Shown here piece after piece: positions 9,266 to 18,138 of a DNA stretch of 64,000 bases. A program made the translations under genes and the position numbers. Under the pieces are notes generated by a model that worked only from the letters and a program-made list of their open reading frames with translations, ran no database searches and was not told the DNA's origin. The stretch spans positions 12,288 through 76,287 of the forward strand of contig DATDQT010000083.1 of assembly GCA_035292085.1 (NCBI GenBank). Reading direction: 5' to 3'. Positions within the stretch are counted from its first letter, which is position 1. Every line of letters begins with the position of its first letter. The DNA is from a bacterium (lineage in GTDB: Bacteria > Sysuimicrobiota > Sysuimicrobiia > Sysuimicrobiales > Kaftiobacteriaceae).

Positions 9266-9825
9266 CGCCGCTTCCCTGCCGGGGCGAAGTGCAGGATGTC
9301 GGTGATGGCTCCGGTGCGGTCACGCGGTTTCTTCCAGACCGCCCGCACGGGCATCCCAATGGAAATCTGCTCCCGGATGTCCTCGACCGTGTTCCCGGAC
9401 ACCCCGCCGAGAAGGTGCAGGAAGCCGCCGCGAGGGGTTGTGCCGTCGATGTCGATCACCGCGGGAATCTGCGGCCGCCGCAGCGGCTTCATGTCCCAGG
9501 TGATATAGCAGATCGAGAACGTGTTGATCGTGCCGGTGTCGGCCAATTCCACCCACTCGTCCATCGGTTTGAAGTCCAGTTCACAGAACGCCCGCGGGGG
9601 GGTGACCGTGCGGCCGCACTGGCGGCAGTGGGTCCCGTAGATCTTGCCCTCCTGCAAGCCCTCGAGGAACCGGCCGATCGCGAGGCCGGTGTCCCACCCG
9701 TACTCCAGGACCGGCGTCCATGGCGTGACCGAGACCCGGCGGCGGAACTCGTCGTCGCGCAGGCCCCGGCCGCGCAGCGGCTGCGGCGGGGGCGCGTCGA
9801 TCCGGCGCGAGTTGGGGGGCGCCAT
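9262..9825 (-). CDS. Zn-ribbon/OB-fold protein (DUF35 family), second copy
   Basis: 187 aa. CRQCGRTVTPPRAFCELD zinc ribbon is followed by an OB-fold segment GTINTFSICY. Four-nucleotide overlaps with both neighbours suggest translational coupling. Confidence 0.75.
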   Translation of the reverse strand: MAPPNSRRIDAPPPQPLRGRGLRDDEFRRRVSVTPWTPVLEYGWDTGLAIGRFLEGLQEGKIYGTHCRQCGRTVTPPRAFCELDFKPMDEWVELADTGTINTFSICYITWDMKPLRRPQIPAVIDIDGTTPRGGFLHLLGGVSGNTVEDIREQISIGMPVRAVWKKPRDRTGAITDILHFAPAGKRR

Positions 9826-11000
9826 CAGTGCACCCCCAGCACGGCGACGGTCCCGATCTGCATGAGATCGCCCCAGGCCTGCGCCACGCCGCGCTCGGGC
9901 GTCCCGGGGACCTGGCGCGCGCCGGCTTCCCCGCGCAGCTGCCAGAACAATTCACAGACTTTCATGAGGCCGGCTGCCGCGATCGGGTTCCCCACGCCCA
10001 TCAGACCGCCCGACGGGCAGGTGGGGAGTTCCCCGGTGCGGTCGAACCGTCCGGCGGCGAGGTCTTCCGGCGCCTTCCCGCGGTCGGCGAGCTGCAGTCC
10101 TTCCAGGTGGTGCAGTTCTTTGTACGCGAATGGGTCGTAGGGCTCAGCGATGTGGATCTGCTTGCGCGGTTCGGTGAGCCCCGCCATCTCGTACGCCATC
10201 TTCGCGGCGACTTCGACGTAGCGGGGATACGACAGGTCGCGGTTGCCCCAGTACGATGTATCCAGCGCCCAGCCGACCCCCTGCACCCAGATCGGTTTGT
10301 CGGTCAGGCGCTGGGCAATCGAGTCCGCGGCGAGGACGATCGCCGCCGCGCCGTCAGACACCGGGCTGACCATCAGCCGGTGGACCGGCCACGCCACGAC
10401 CTCGGACGCCAGCACGTCGGCGACCGTCAGGTTCGCGGCGACCTGCGCGGCAGGATGGTCCAGCGCGTTGCGCTTGTTCTTCACCGACACCAGGGCGATG
10501 TCTTCGTTGCGGATCCCGTAGGTCTGCATGTACCGCTGCTGCTCGAGGGAGAAAATCCACAGCAGGTTCGGGCCCAGCGGCCGCTCGATGGTGTGGTCGA
10601 AGATGGTCAGGAAGGCGCCCTGGGGATGCGGCTGGCAGCTGCTCATCTTCTCTTCGGCGACGACCAGGACGAGATCGAAGAGGCCCGAGGCCACCAGCGT
10701 CCATCCGCTGATGAGGCTGAAGACCCCCGAGCCGCCGCCCACGTAGGCCCGCAGGTACGGTTTCCGGGTCCCGCCGGCGCCGTCGAGCAGCCATTCGCCT
10801 TTCATGTGCACGCCGTCAAAGGCATCGGGGGCCGTGGCCATGGTGACGGCCTCGATGTCCTTGAGCCGCACACCGGCGGATTCGAGGGCCTGCTGGGCGG
10901 CGTAGTACGAGAGCTCGCGTCCGGTCTCCAGCGCCCGGCGCATGAACAGGCTCATGCCGGCGCCGACGACGGCGACGCGGCGTCGGATCTTCCGCGTCAT
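9825..11000 (-). CDS. Thiolase-like protein (SCP-x / non-specific lipid-transfer type thiolase)
   Basis: 391 aa. The N-terminus RRVAVVGAGMSLF and overall thiolase-fold layout fit, with C-terminal PSGGLMGVGNPIAAAGLMKVCELFWQLRGEAG. Confidence 0.75.
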   Translation of the reverse strand: MTRKIRRRVAVVGAGMSLFMRRALETGRELSYYAAQQALESAGVRLKDIEAVTMATAPDAFDGVHMKGEWLLDGAGGTRKPYLRAYVGGGSGVFSLISGWTLVASGLFDLVLVVAEEKMSSCQPHPQGAFLTIFDHTIERPLGPNLLWIFSLEQQRYMQTYGIRNEDIALVSVKNKRNALDHPAAQVAANLTVADVLASEVVAWPVHRLMVSPVSDGAAAIVLAADSIAQRLTDKPIWVQGVGWALDTSYWGNRDLSYPRYVEVAAKMAYEMAGLTEPRKQIHIAEPYDPFAYKELHHLEGLQLADRGKAPEDLAAGRFDRTGELPTCPSGGLMGVGNPIAAAGLMKVCELFWQLRGEAGARQVPGTPERGVAQAWGDLMQIGTVAVLGVH

Positions 11001-12113
11001 TCAGTGATCTCCAAGGACGAGGGCTCCTCCCGTCTGCGTCGGGACCCCGCGCCACGAGAGGACCAGGCCCGTGGTCGCTCCCGGCACCTGATTCCGGCCG
11101 GCCTCACCGCGGATCTGGCGCACGGCTTCTGCCGTCCGGTACAGGGCGCTGGCATCGTAGCAGTATCCCATGCCCAAACTGCCGCCGGACCGGTTGACCG
11201 GTACCAGGGGCTCCCCACCAGGCGCGGTCAGGCGGGCCGCGTCGAGGTGCTGCAGTTGTTTGTGGGCATACGTGTCGTCGACTTCGGCGAACGCGAGCTC
11301 GTCCGCGGGCCGCTCAATCCCCGCCATCTGGTAGGCCATCGCAGTCGCCAGGGCCGCGTACGTGGCCGTCGCCCAGTCGCGCATCGACAGCGCCGAGGTG
11401 TCCGACGACCAGCCGATCCCCCGGATCCAGACCGGTCTGAGCGCAGCCTCCGCCCGCTCTTCTGAGGCCAGGACCAGCACCACGGCCCCGTCGGCGTAGG
11501 CGCTGATCATCGATGCACGCAGCGGTTCGCTCACCAGCGCCGCCGCGAGCACGTCGGCGGCGGTGAGGACCGCGCCGTACGGCGCAATCGGGTTGCCCAG
11601 CGCCCGGCGCCGGTTCTCCACGACGACGTCGGCCACGGCGGTGTCCGTCCTGCCGGAGTCGTGCAGGTAGCGGCGCATCTCCATCGCCGCCACGTAGTGG
11701 GGATTCACGCCCAGCGGCCGTTCATACACGGGATCGAGGCCCATCGCCAGGACCTCGTCATGCCGCAGGATGTTGCTGGACTTGGCGTGCGCCTCGACGG
11801 CGACGACGTCGGCGATGCCCGAGCGGATCAGCATGAACGCCGTGGCGATGCCCTGGATGCCGTCGCCGGCGATGGTCTGGACGGGCCGCAGCACGGCGCC
11901 GAGCTGGTCGGGCACGTACTCGTCGGTGATGCTGGTCCCTTCGTGGAAGTCCTCGCAGACGCTGATGAAACTGTCGATGTCCCGGTGGCTCACGCCTGCG
12001 TCCTCGTAGGCGCGGGCGGCCGCGGCGAAGGTCATTTCGCGGAACGACTGGTCGGGCGAGAGGGGACGGGGCGGTGTTGTCCCGGCACCCACGATGGCCA
12101 CGCGATCGCTCAT
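11001..12113 (-). CDS. Thiolase-like protein, second paralogous subunit
   Basis: Trimmed from ORF 11001..12218 to ATG 12113 (MSDRVAIVGAGTTP...). The C-terminus is SGGSLGMGYCYDASALYRTAEAVRQIRGEAG; 370 aa. It directly abuts the preceding thiolase-like gene. Confidence 0.7.
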   Translation of the reverse strand: MSDRVAIVGAGTTPPRPLSPDQSFREMTFAAAARAYEDAGVSHRDIDSFISVCEDFHEGTSITDEYVPDQLGAVLRPVQTIAGDGIQGIATAFMLIRSGIADVVAVEAHAKSSNILRHDEVLAMGLDPVYERPLGVNPHYVAAMEMRRYLHDSGRTDTAVADVVVENRRRALGNPIAPYGAVLTAADVLAAALVSEPLRASMISAYADGAVVLVLASEERAEAALRPVWIRGIGWSSDTSALSMRDWATATYAALATAMAYQMAGIERPADELAFAEVDDTYAHKQLQHLDAARLTAPGGEPLVPVNRSGGSLGMGYCYDASALYRTAEAVRQIRGEAGRNQVPGATTGLVLSWRGVPTQTGGALVLGDH

Positions 12114-12179
12114 ACCGGCTCCGTGGGGGTATTCGGTACGGGGGAGGACAGGCCTGCAGGCGGTGGAAATGGACACACG

Positions 12180-13325
12180 GTGGATTTCCAGCTGACCGAC
12201 GAGCACAAACTCGTCCAATCGACCGTCCGCGAGTTCGCCGACAAGGAGATCCGTCCCCGTGCCGCCGAGCTCGATCGGACCGCCGCGTACCCCGCCGACA
12301 TCATCGCCAGAGCCGCAGCCCTCGGGTTGATGGGCATGACCGTGCCCGAGGAGTACGGCGGGGCCGGGATGGGCCTCGTGGCCTACGTGGTCGCGCAGGA
12401 AGAGCTCGCGCGGGCCTCGGCGGGCGTCCAGACCATCATCACCGTCAACAACTCGCTCGTCTGCGATCCACTCGTCCGGTTCGGCTCCGGGGCGCAGAAG
12501 CGCCGGTACCTCCCCTCGCTGTGTTCCGGCGCGTCGCTGGGCTGTTACTGTCTCACCGAGCCGGCATCCGGGTCGGATGCGATGTCCCTGCAGACCGCCG
12601 CCCGGCGGGACGGGGCGGCGTGGATGCTCTCGGGCACCAAGAGCTTCGTCACCAACGGCGCCGAGGCCGACGTCTGCATCGTGTACGCCCGGACCGGCCC
12701 CGAGCCGGGGGCGCGCGGGCTGTCCGCGTTCATCGTGGAGAAGTCCCTGCCCGGCGTCAGGGTGGGGAAGCTTGAGAAGAAACTCGGCATCAAGTGCTCG
12801 TCAACCACCGAGATCGTGTTCGAGGACGTGCCGGTCCCGGACGCCAACCTGCTGGGCGAGCCGGGGATGGGCGGGCGGATTGCGCTGGGCACGCTGGATG
12901 TCGGCCGCATCGGCATCGCGGCCCAGGCGCTGGGGATCGCCCGGGCGGCGCTGGAAGACGCGCTGGCGTACGCGGCCTCACGGAGACAGTTCGGCCGTGC
13001 GATCGCCGAGTTCCAAGCGATTCAGTGGATGCTGTCGGACATGGCGACGCGCCTCGACGCCGCGCGGCTGCTCACCTACCGGGCGGCCTACCTCCGGCAG
13101 TCCGGCGCGCGCTGCACGAAGGAAGCGGCAATGGCCAAACTCTTCGCATCGGAAACTGCGATGTGGGCGGCGCACAAGGCCGTGCAGATTTACGGCGGCT
13201 ATGGGTTTATCCAGGACTATCCCGTGGAACGGTACTTCCGGGACGCCAAGATTACTGAGATCTACGAGGGGACGTCGGAGATCCAACGCGTCGTCATTGC
13301 GAGGAACGTACTCGAGGCTACTTGA
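12180..13325 (+). CDS. Acyl-CoA dehydrogenase
   Basis: Trimmed from ORF 11661..13325 to GTG 12180 (VDFQLTDEHKLVQSTVREFADKEI...). Contains CLTEPASGSDA and, at the C-terminus, QIYGGYGFIQDYPVERYFRDAKITEIYEGTSEIQ; 381 aa. Confidence 0.85.
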   Translation: MDFQLTDEHKLVQSTVREFADKEIRPRAAELDRTAAYPADIIARAAALGLMGMTVPEEYGGAGMGLVAYVVAQEELARASAGVQTIITVNNSLVCDPLVRFGSGAQKRRYLPSLCSGASLGCYCLTEPASGSDAMSLQTAARRDGAAWMLSGTKSFVTNGAEADVCIVYARTGPEPGARGLSAFIVEKSLPGVRVGKLEKKLGIKCSSTTEIVFEDVPVPDANLLGEPGMGGRIALGTLDVGRIGIAAQALGIARAALEDALAYAASRRQFGRAIAEFQAIQWMLSDMATRLDAARLLTYRAAYLRQSGARCTKEAAMAKLFASETAMWAAHKAVQIYGGYGFIQDYPVERYFRDAKITEIYEGTSEIQRVVIARNVLEAT

Positions 13326-13340
13326 GATGTGGGGTTGAAG

Positions 13341-14135
13341 ATGAAAATCGTGGTCTGCGTGAAGCAGGTTCCGGACACGGAGGCGCCGATCCGGATTCGA
13401 CCCGACGGGCAGGGGATCGATGAGACCGGTCTCAACCTCGTCATGAACTACTATGACGAGCATGCGACCGAAGCGGGGCTGCGCCTCCGCGAGCAGTTCG
13501 GCGGCACCGTGACCCTGGTCGCCGTTGGCCCCGAGCGCTCGAGAGAAGCGCTGCGCACGGGCCTGGCGATGGGCGCCGATGACGCGCTGCTCGTCACCGA
13601 TCCGGCGCTGAGCGGCGCGGATCACCTGTCGACCGCGCGGGTGCTGGCCGCCGCCATCACGCCCCTGGCGCCCGATGTCGTGATCTGCGGAAAGCTGAGC
13701 ACCGACGCCAATGCCGGCATCGTGGGACCGGCGGTGGCAGAGTTCCTCAACCTGCCCCAAGCCACGGCCATCGCCGCGCTGGAGATGGATGCAGCGGGCA
13801 CGGTCGCCACGGTGCATCGCGAAGTCGAAGGCGGCATCGAGGTCCTCGACGTGCCCCTGCCCGCGGTGCTGACGGTCGAACGGAGCCTCAACGAGCCCCG
13901 ATATCCTTCGCTTCCCGGCATCATGAAGGCCAAGCGGAAGGAGATCGGCGTCCGCTCACTCCAGGATCTCGGTCTGGCGGGCGAGACCGTCGGCGGGGCG
14001 GCGGCGTCGACGCGGCTCGTGCGCCTGGACCCGCCGCCGAAGCGGCAGCCGGGCCGCTCGGTGGACGGCGAGGCCGAGGAGATGGTCGCCGCGATTGTCA
14101 CCTTCCTGAAGCATGAGGCCAAGGTGATCTCATGA
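13341..14135 (+). CDS. etfB: Electron transfer flavoprotein beta subunit
   Basis: ATG 13341 gives MKIVVCVKQVPDTEAPIRI..., a typical EtfB N-terminus; 264 aa. It lies directly upstream of etfA. Confidence 0.85.
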   Translation: MKIVVCVKQVPDTEAPIRIRPDGQGIDETGLNLVMNYYDEHATEAGLRLREQFGGTVTLVAVGPERSREALRTGLAMGADDALLVTDPALSGADHLSTARVLAAAITPLAPDVVICGKLSTDANAGIVGPAVAEFLNLPQATAIAALEMDAAGTVATVHREVEGGIEVLDVPLPAVLTVERSLNEPRYPSLPGIMKAKRKEIGVRSLQDLGLAGETVGGAAASTRLVRLDPPPKRQPGRSVDGEAEEMVAAIVTFLKHEAKVIS

Positions 14136-14148
14136 CGGGGTCCGGGAC

Positions 14149-15141
14149 ATGAGCACGGACGTGTGGGTGCTCATCGAGCACCAGGACGGCGCGCCGAAGA
14201 AGATCAGCCTGGAATTACTCGGACACGCGCGCGTGCTGGCGGCCCAGCTCGGCGGGAAGGCCGTCGCGTGGCTTGCGGGCGCGGGTGTCGCCGCCATGGC
14301 ACAGACGCTGGGGGCACACGGCGCGGATGTCGTCGTGCTGGCGGAGCATCCACTCCTCGAGCCGTACACGACCGAAGGCTACACCACTGCGCTGGCGGGT
14401 GCACTGACCGGTGCCGGCGCGCCCATCGTGCTGATCGGTTCGACCGCGCTGGGACGGGATCTGGCCCCCCGGCTCGCGGCCCGGGTGGGGGCGGGGATCG
14501 TCACCGACTGCGGGGGCCTGGCCCTGACCGACGGACGCCTCGAAGCGATGCGGCCGATGTACACCCGTAAGGCTATCGGGACGGTGGCCTTCACCGCTGA
14601 CGGAGTCAGAATCGCCGTCGTCTTGCCGGGTGTCTATGCCCTCCCGGAGCACGAACCGGGCCGGGCGGCAGACGTTCATCGGGCCACATTCTCCCTCGAC
14701 GCGGGCCAGATCCGCACGTCCGTAAGGGAGACGAAGACCATCGAGCGAGAAACGGTGCCGCTCACCGAGGCGGATGTGATCGTCTCGGGGGGCCGCGGGA
14801 TGAAGGCGCCGGAACACTTCGCGCTGCTGGATGCCCTGGCCCGCGCACTCGGCGCCGCGGTCGGGTCCTCACGGCCCCCGGTGGATTCGGGATGGGTCCC
14901 GCATGACTACGAGATCGGCCAGACGGGCAAGACGGTGAGCCCGCAGGTGTACATCGCCTGCGGCATCTCCGGCGCCCCGCAGCACCTGGCCGGCATGTCC
15001 GGGTCGAAGTACATCGTGGCCATCAACAAGGATCCCAATGCCCCGATCATGCAGATGGCGGACCTCGGCGTGGTCGGAGATGTGTTTGACATCGTGCCCA
15101 AGTTGACCGAAGCGCTGAAGCGCGAAACACGCAAGACCTAG
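14149..15141 (+). CDS. etfA: Electron transfer flavoprotein alpha subunit
   Basis: 330 aa. The C-terminal FAD-binding region is [43 protein letters not shown]. Confidence 0.85.
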   Translation: MSTDVWVLIEHQDGAPKKISLELLGHARVLAAQLGGKAVAWLAGAGVAAMAQTLGAHGADVVVLAEHPLLEPYTTEGYTTALAGALTGAGAPIVLIGSTALGRDLAPRLAARVGAGIVTDCGGLALTDGRLEAMRPMYTRKAIGTVAFTADGVRIAVVLPGVYALPEHEPGRAADVHRATFSLDAGQIRTSVRETKTIERETVPLTEADVIVSGGRGMKAPEHFALLDALARALGAAVGSSRPPVDSGWVPHDYEIGQTGKTVSPQVYIACGISGAPQHLAGMSGSKYIVAINKDPNAPIMQMADLGVVGDVFDIVPKLTEALKRETRKT

Positions 15142-15150
15142 AGCGACCAG

Positions 15151-16752
15151 ATGTCCAACGACGAGCGGCGCAAGGACTTCACGACCCTGTCAGGGCTCCC
15201 GGTCAAGCGGCTCTACCGGTCCGCGGATCTTGCGGACGTCGACTACGACCGCGATCTCGGGGCGCCCGGAGGGTATCCGTTCACGCGCGGGATCCACCCG
15301 GCGATGTACCGCAGCCGGCTGTGGACGATGCGGCAGTTCGCCGGGTTTGGCGCGCCGGAGGATACCAACCGGCGGTTCCACTACCTCCTGGAGCACGGGC
15401 AGACCGGCCTGTCGGTCGCCTTCGACATGCCCACCCTGATGGGCCGTGACGCCGACCACCCGCTGGCCCTCGGAGAAGTCGGCCGCGAAGGCGTCGCCGT
15501 GAGCAGCCTGGCGGACATGGAGGTTTTGCTGCGGGGGCTGCCCCTGGACCGGACCACGACCTCGATGACCATCAACGCCCCGGCGAACGTCGTGCTTGCG
15601 ATGTACGTCGTGGCGGCCGAGAAGGCGGGATTCCCCCGGCAGGCCCTCGGCGGGACGGCGCAGACGGACATGCTCAAGGAGTTCATCGCCCAGAAAGAGT
15701 GGATTGTGCCGCCGCAGCCGAGCATGCGTCTGATCCAGGACATGCTCGTCTTCGGGACGCGCGAACTCCCGCGGTGGAACGTCATCAGCATCAGCGGGTA
15801 CCACATCCGCGAAGCCGGCGCGACGGCGGTCCAGGAACTGGCGTTCACGCTGGCCGACGGGATCGCCTATGTCCAGGCGGGCATTGACGCCGGGCTGGAG
15901 GTGGACGCGTTTGCGCCGCGGCTGTCGTTCTTCTTTGACTGCCACGTCGACTTCTTTGAAGAAGTCGCGAAGTTCCGCGCGGCGCGTCGGATGTGGGCCC
16001 GGATCATGCGGGAGCGGTTCGGCGCGAAGGATCCGCGGTCATGGTGGCTGCGGTTTCACACCCAGACGGCGGGGGTATCGCTGACCGCGCAGCAGCCGAT
16101 GAACAACGTCGTGCGGACGACGCTGCAGGCCCTCGCCGCGGTGCTGGGCGGGACCCAGTCGCTGCACACCAATTCGCTCGACGAAACCTACGCACTGCCG
16201 ACCGAGGAAGCCGTCCGCCTGGCCCTGCGGACCCAGCAGATCATCGCCCACGAAACCGGAGTCGCCGACACCGTCGACCCGCTCGGAGGCGCCTTCTTCG
16301 TCGAGTCGCTCACGAACACCATGGAGTCCGCGGCAGGAGCCTACATCCGCCGCATCGACGAACTCGGCGGCATGGTGCGGGCGGTGGAGGCGGGGTACCC
16401 GCAGCGTGAGATCGCCGAGGCCAGCTATGCGTTCCAGCAGCAGCTTGAACGGCGGGAGAAAGTCATCGTCGGCGTCAACGAGTTCGTCGTCCCGGAGGAA
16501 CAGCCCATCCCCATCCTCCGGATCGACCCGCAGGTCGAGCGGCGCCAGATCGAGCGCCTCCGCGAGGTGCGCACGAACCGCGACGCCCGCCGCGTCGAGC
16601 AGACCCTGGCTGCGCTCCGTCAGGCCACCGAGCAGGGCGACAACACCATGGAGCGCGTCATCGACTGCGTGAAGGCCTATGCCACCCTCGGCGAAATCTG
16701 CGACGTCTTCCGGGCGGTCTACGGCGAGTACCGCGAGCCCGCGATCATCTGA
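15151..16752 (+). CDS. Acyl-CoA mutase large (substrate-binding) subunit, methylmalonyl-CoA mutase family
   Basis: 533 aa. Contains [27 protein letters not shown] and [16 protein letters not shown] motifs. Substrate specificity (methylmalonyl, isobutyryl or other) cannot be decided by eye. Confidence 0.8.
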   Translation: MSNDERRKDFTTLSGLPVKRLYRSADLADVDYDRDLGAPGGYPFTRGIHPAMYRSRLWTMRQFAGFGAPEDTNRRFHYLLEHGQTGLSVAFDMPTLMGRDADHPLALGEVGREGVAVSSLADMEVLLRGLPLDRTTTSMTINAPANVVLAMYVVAAEKAGFPRQALGGTAQTDMLKEFIAQKEWIVPPQPSMRLIQDMLVFGTRELPRWNVISISGYHIREAGATAVQELAFTLADGIAYVQAGIDAGLEVDAFAPRLSFFFDCHVDFFEEVAKFRAARRMWARIMRERFGAKDPRSWWLRFHTQTAGVSLTAQQPMNNVVRTTLQALAAVLGGTQSLHTNSLDETYALPTEEAVRLALRTQQIIAHETGVADTVDPLGGAFFVESLTNTMESAAGAYIRRIDELGGMVRAVEAGYPQREIAEASYAFQQQLERREKVIVGVNEFVVPEEQPIPILRIDPQVERRQIERLREVRTNRDARRVEQTLAALRQATEQGDNTMERVIDCVKAYATLGEICDVFRAVYGEYREPAII

Positions 16753-16768
16753 GACAGGACGTAGTAGG

Positions 16769-17194
16769 ATGAGCGTAGCGATGGCTCAGCAGAGGATCCG
16801 TATCGTAGTGGCCAAACCCGGTCTCGATGGGCATGACCGCGGCGCGAAGGTGGTGGCGCGCGCACTGAGGGATGCCGGGTTTGAAGTCATTTACACCGGG
16901 TTGCACCAGACCCCCGAAATGATCGTCAACGCGGCGATTCAGGAAGACGCCGACGCGATCGGGCTGTCGATCCTGTCCGGCGCGCACATGACGCTGTTTC
17001 CCCGCGTGATGGAGTTGCTGCGCGAGCGCCGGGCGGGCGACATCGTCGTGTTCGCCGGCGGCATCATCCCCGAAGGGGACATCGCGCCGTTGAAGGCCGC
17101 CGGCATTAGCGAGATCTTCACGCCGGGCACGTCCCTGGAAGCGATCGTCACGTGGGTCCGCGATCACGTCCGCCCCCGCGGCGTGCCCGCCTAA
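16769..17194 (+). CDS. Acyl-CoA mutase small subunit, cobalamin-binding domain
   Basis: Trimmed to ATG 16769. Contains the B12-binding motif [31 protein letters not shown]; 141 aa. Confidence 0.8.
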   Translation: MSVAMAQQRIRIVVAKPGLDGHDRGAKVVARALRDAGFEVIYTGLHQTPEMIVNAAIQEDADAIGLSILSGAHMTLFPRVMELLRERRAGDIVVFAGGIIPEGDIAPLKAAGISEIFTPGTSLEAIVTWVRDHVRPRGVPA

Positions 17195-17242
17195 CCGACA
17201 CAGCTCACACAACCTACACAACCGCCCACAGAGCATTCTGAT

Positions 17243-17310
17243 GTCATTGCGAGGAGCGAAGCGACGAAGCAATCCCAGTCCTGAGATTGCTTCGCTACGC
17301 TCGCAATGAC
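17243..17310. repeat. Imperfect palindromic intergenic repeat (REP/MITE-like), copy 2
   Basis: GTCATTGCGAGGAGCGAAGCGACGAAGCAATCCCAGTCCTGAGATTGCTTCGCTACGCTCGCAATGAC. It differs from copy 1 by three substitutions and one indel. Confidence 0.85.
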
Positions 17311-17325
17311 ACACGGGTGTGGGTG

Positions 17326-18138
17326 ATGCGTACAGGTCCGCTCCAGGAAGGCGAACCCGTCTTACTGGTCGACCGCAAACAGCGCCGGTACCTGATCACG
17401 CTGCGGTCCGGCGCCGTCTCCGATCTCCGCGGCGGCAAACTGGGTCATGATGCGTTGATCGGGACCGACGAAGGGCGTCTGGTCGAGACCTCCCGCGGAG
17501 AGACCGTCCTGCTCCTGCGTCCGACCCTCGCCGAGTTCGTCCTGGAGATGCCCCGCGGCGCGCAGGTGATCTACCCGAAAGACCTCAGTGTGATCCTCAT
17601 CGCCGCCGACATCTATCCGGGTGCGCGGGTCCTGGAAGCGGGGACCGGGTCGGGGGCGCTGACGATGACGCTGGTACGCGCCGTTGGGCCCGCCGGCCGT
17701 GTGTTCAGTTACGAGGTCCGGCCCGAGTTCATGCGCATCGCGTCGGCCAACATCACCCGTTATCTGGGCCCGGCAGATGCCCTGATCCTGCGCGACCAGG
17801 ACGTGTACACGGCCATTCCCGACCAGCCGCTGGATCGCATCGTCTTGGACGTGCCTGAGCCGTGGCGCGCGGTGGAGCCCGCCGCGGCCGCGCTGCGCCC
17901 CGGGGGGATCCTCTTGACGTACTTACCGACGGTCCCCCAGGTCGCCCAGGCCGTCGAGACAATCCGTCGATCCGGCGCCTTCGCGATGATCGAGACCACC
18001 GAAACGTTGCTGCGTCCATGGAACATCGAGGGCGCGAGTGTGCGGCCCGCTCACCGCATGGTCGCGCACACCGCCTTTCTCACCACCGCACGGCGGATCA
18101 CCCCGCCTATGGCCGAAGCGGAACGATCCGGGGGATAA
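17326..18138 (+). CDS. trmI: tRNA (adenine-N1)-methyltransferase (TrmI/Gcd14 family)
   Basis: Trimmed to ATG 17326, excluding repeat-derived codons. Contains RGAQVIYPKDLSVILIAADIYPGARVLEAGTGSGALT, a SAM motif; 270 aa. Confidence 0.75.
   Translation: MRTGPLQEGEPVLLVDRKQRRYLITLRSGAVSDLRGGKLGHDALIGTDEGRLVETSRGETVLLLRPTLAEFVLEMPRGAQVIYPKDLSVILIAADIYPGARVLEAGTGSGALTMTLVRAVGPAGRVFSYEVRPEFMRIASANITRYLGPADALILRDQDVYTAIPDQPLDRIVLDVPEPWRAVEPAAAALRPGGILLTYLPTVPQVAQAVETIRRSGAFAMIETTETLLRPWNIEGASVRPAHRMVAHTAFLTTARRITPPMAEAERSGG

Noticed and set aside
9828-11465. 545-aa plus-strand ORF spanning both thiolase-like genes
   Set aside because: It is antisense to two conserved thiolase-fold genes, has degenerate composition, and crosses a gene boundary on the other strand.
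16745-17314. 189-aa minus-strand ORF, and the similar 6504..6731 plus-strand ORF, running through the palindromic repeats
   Set aside because: Their translations (…CERSEAISGLGLLRRFAPRNDI…, …LRSARNDK…) derive from the repeat element and from antisense of the mutase B12 subunit. They are classic repeat-encoded pseudo-ORFs.
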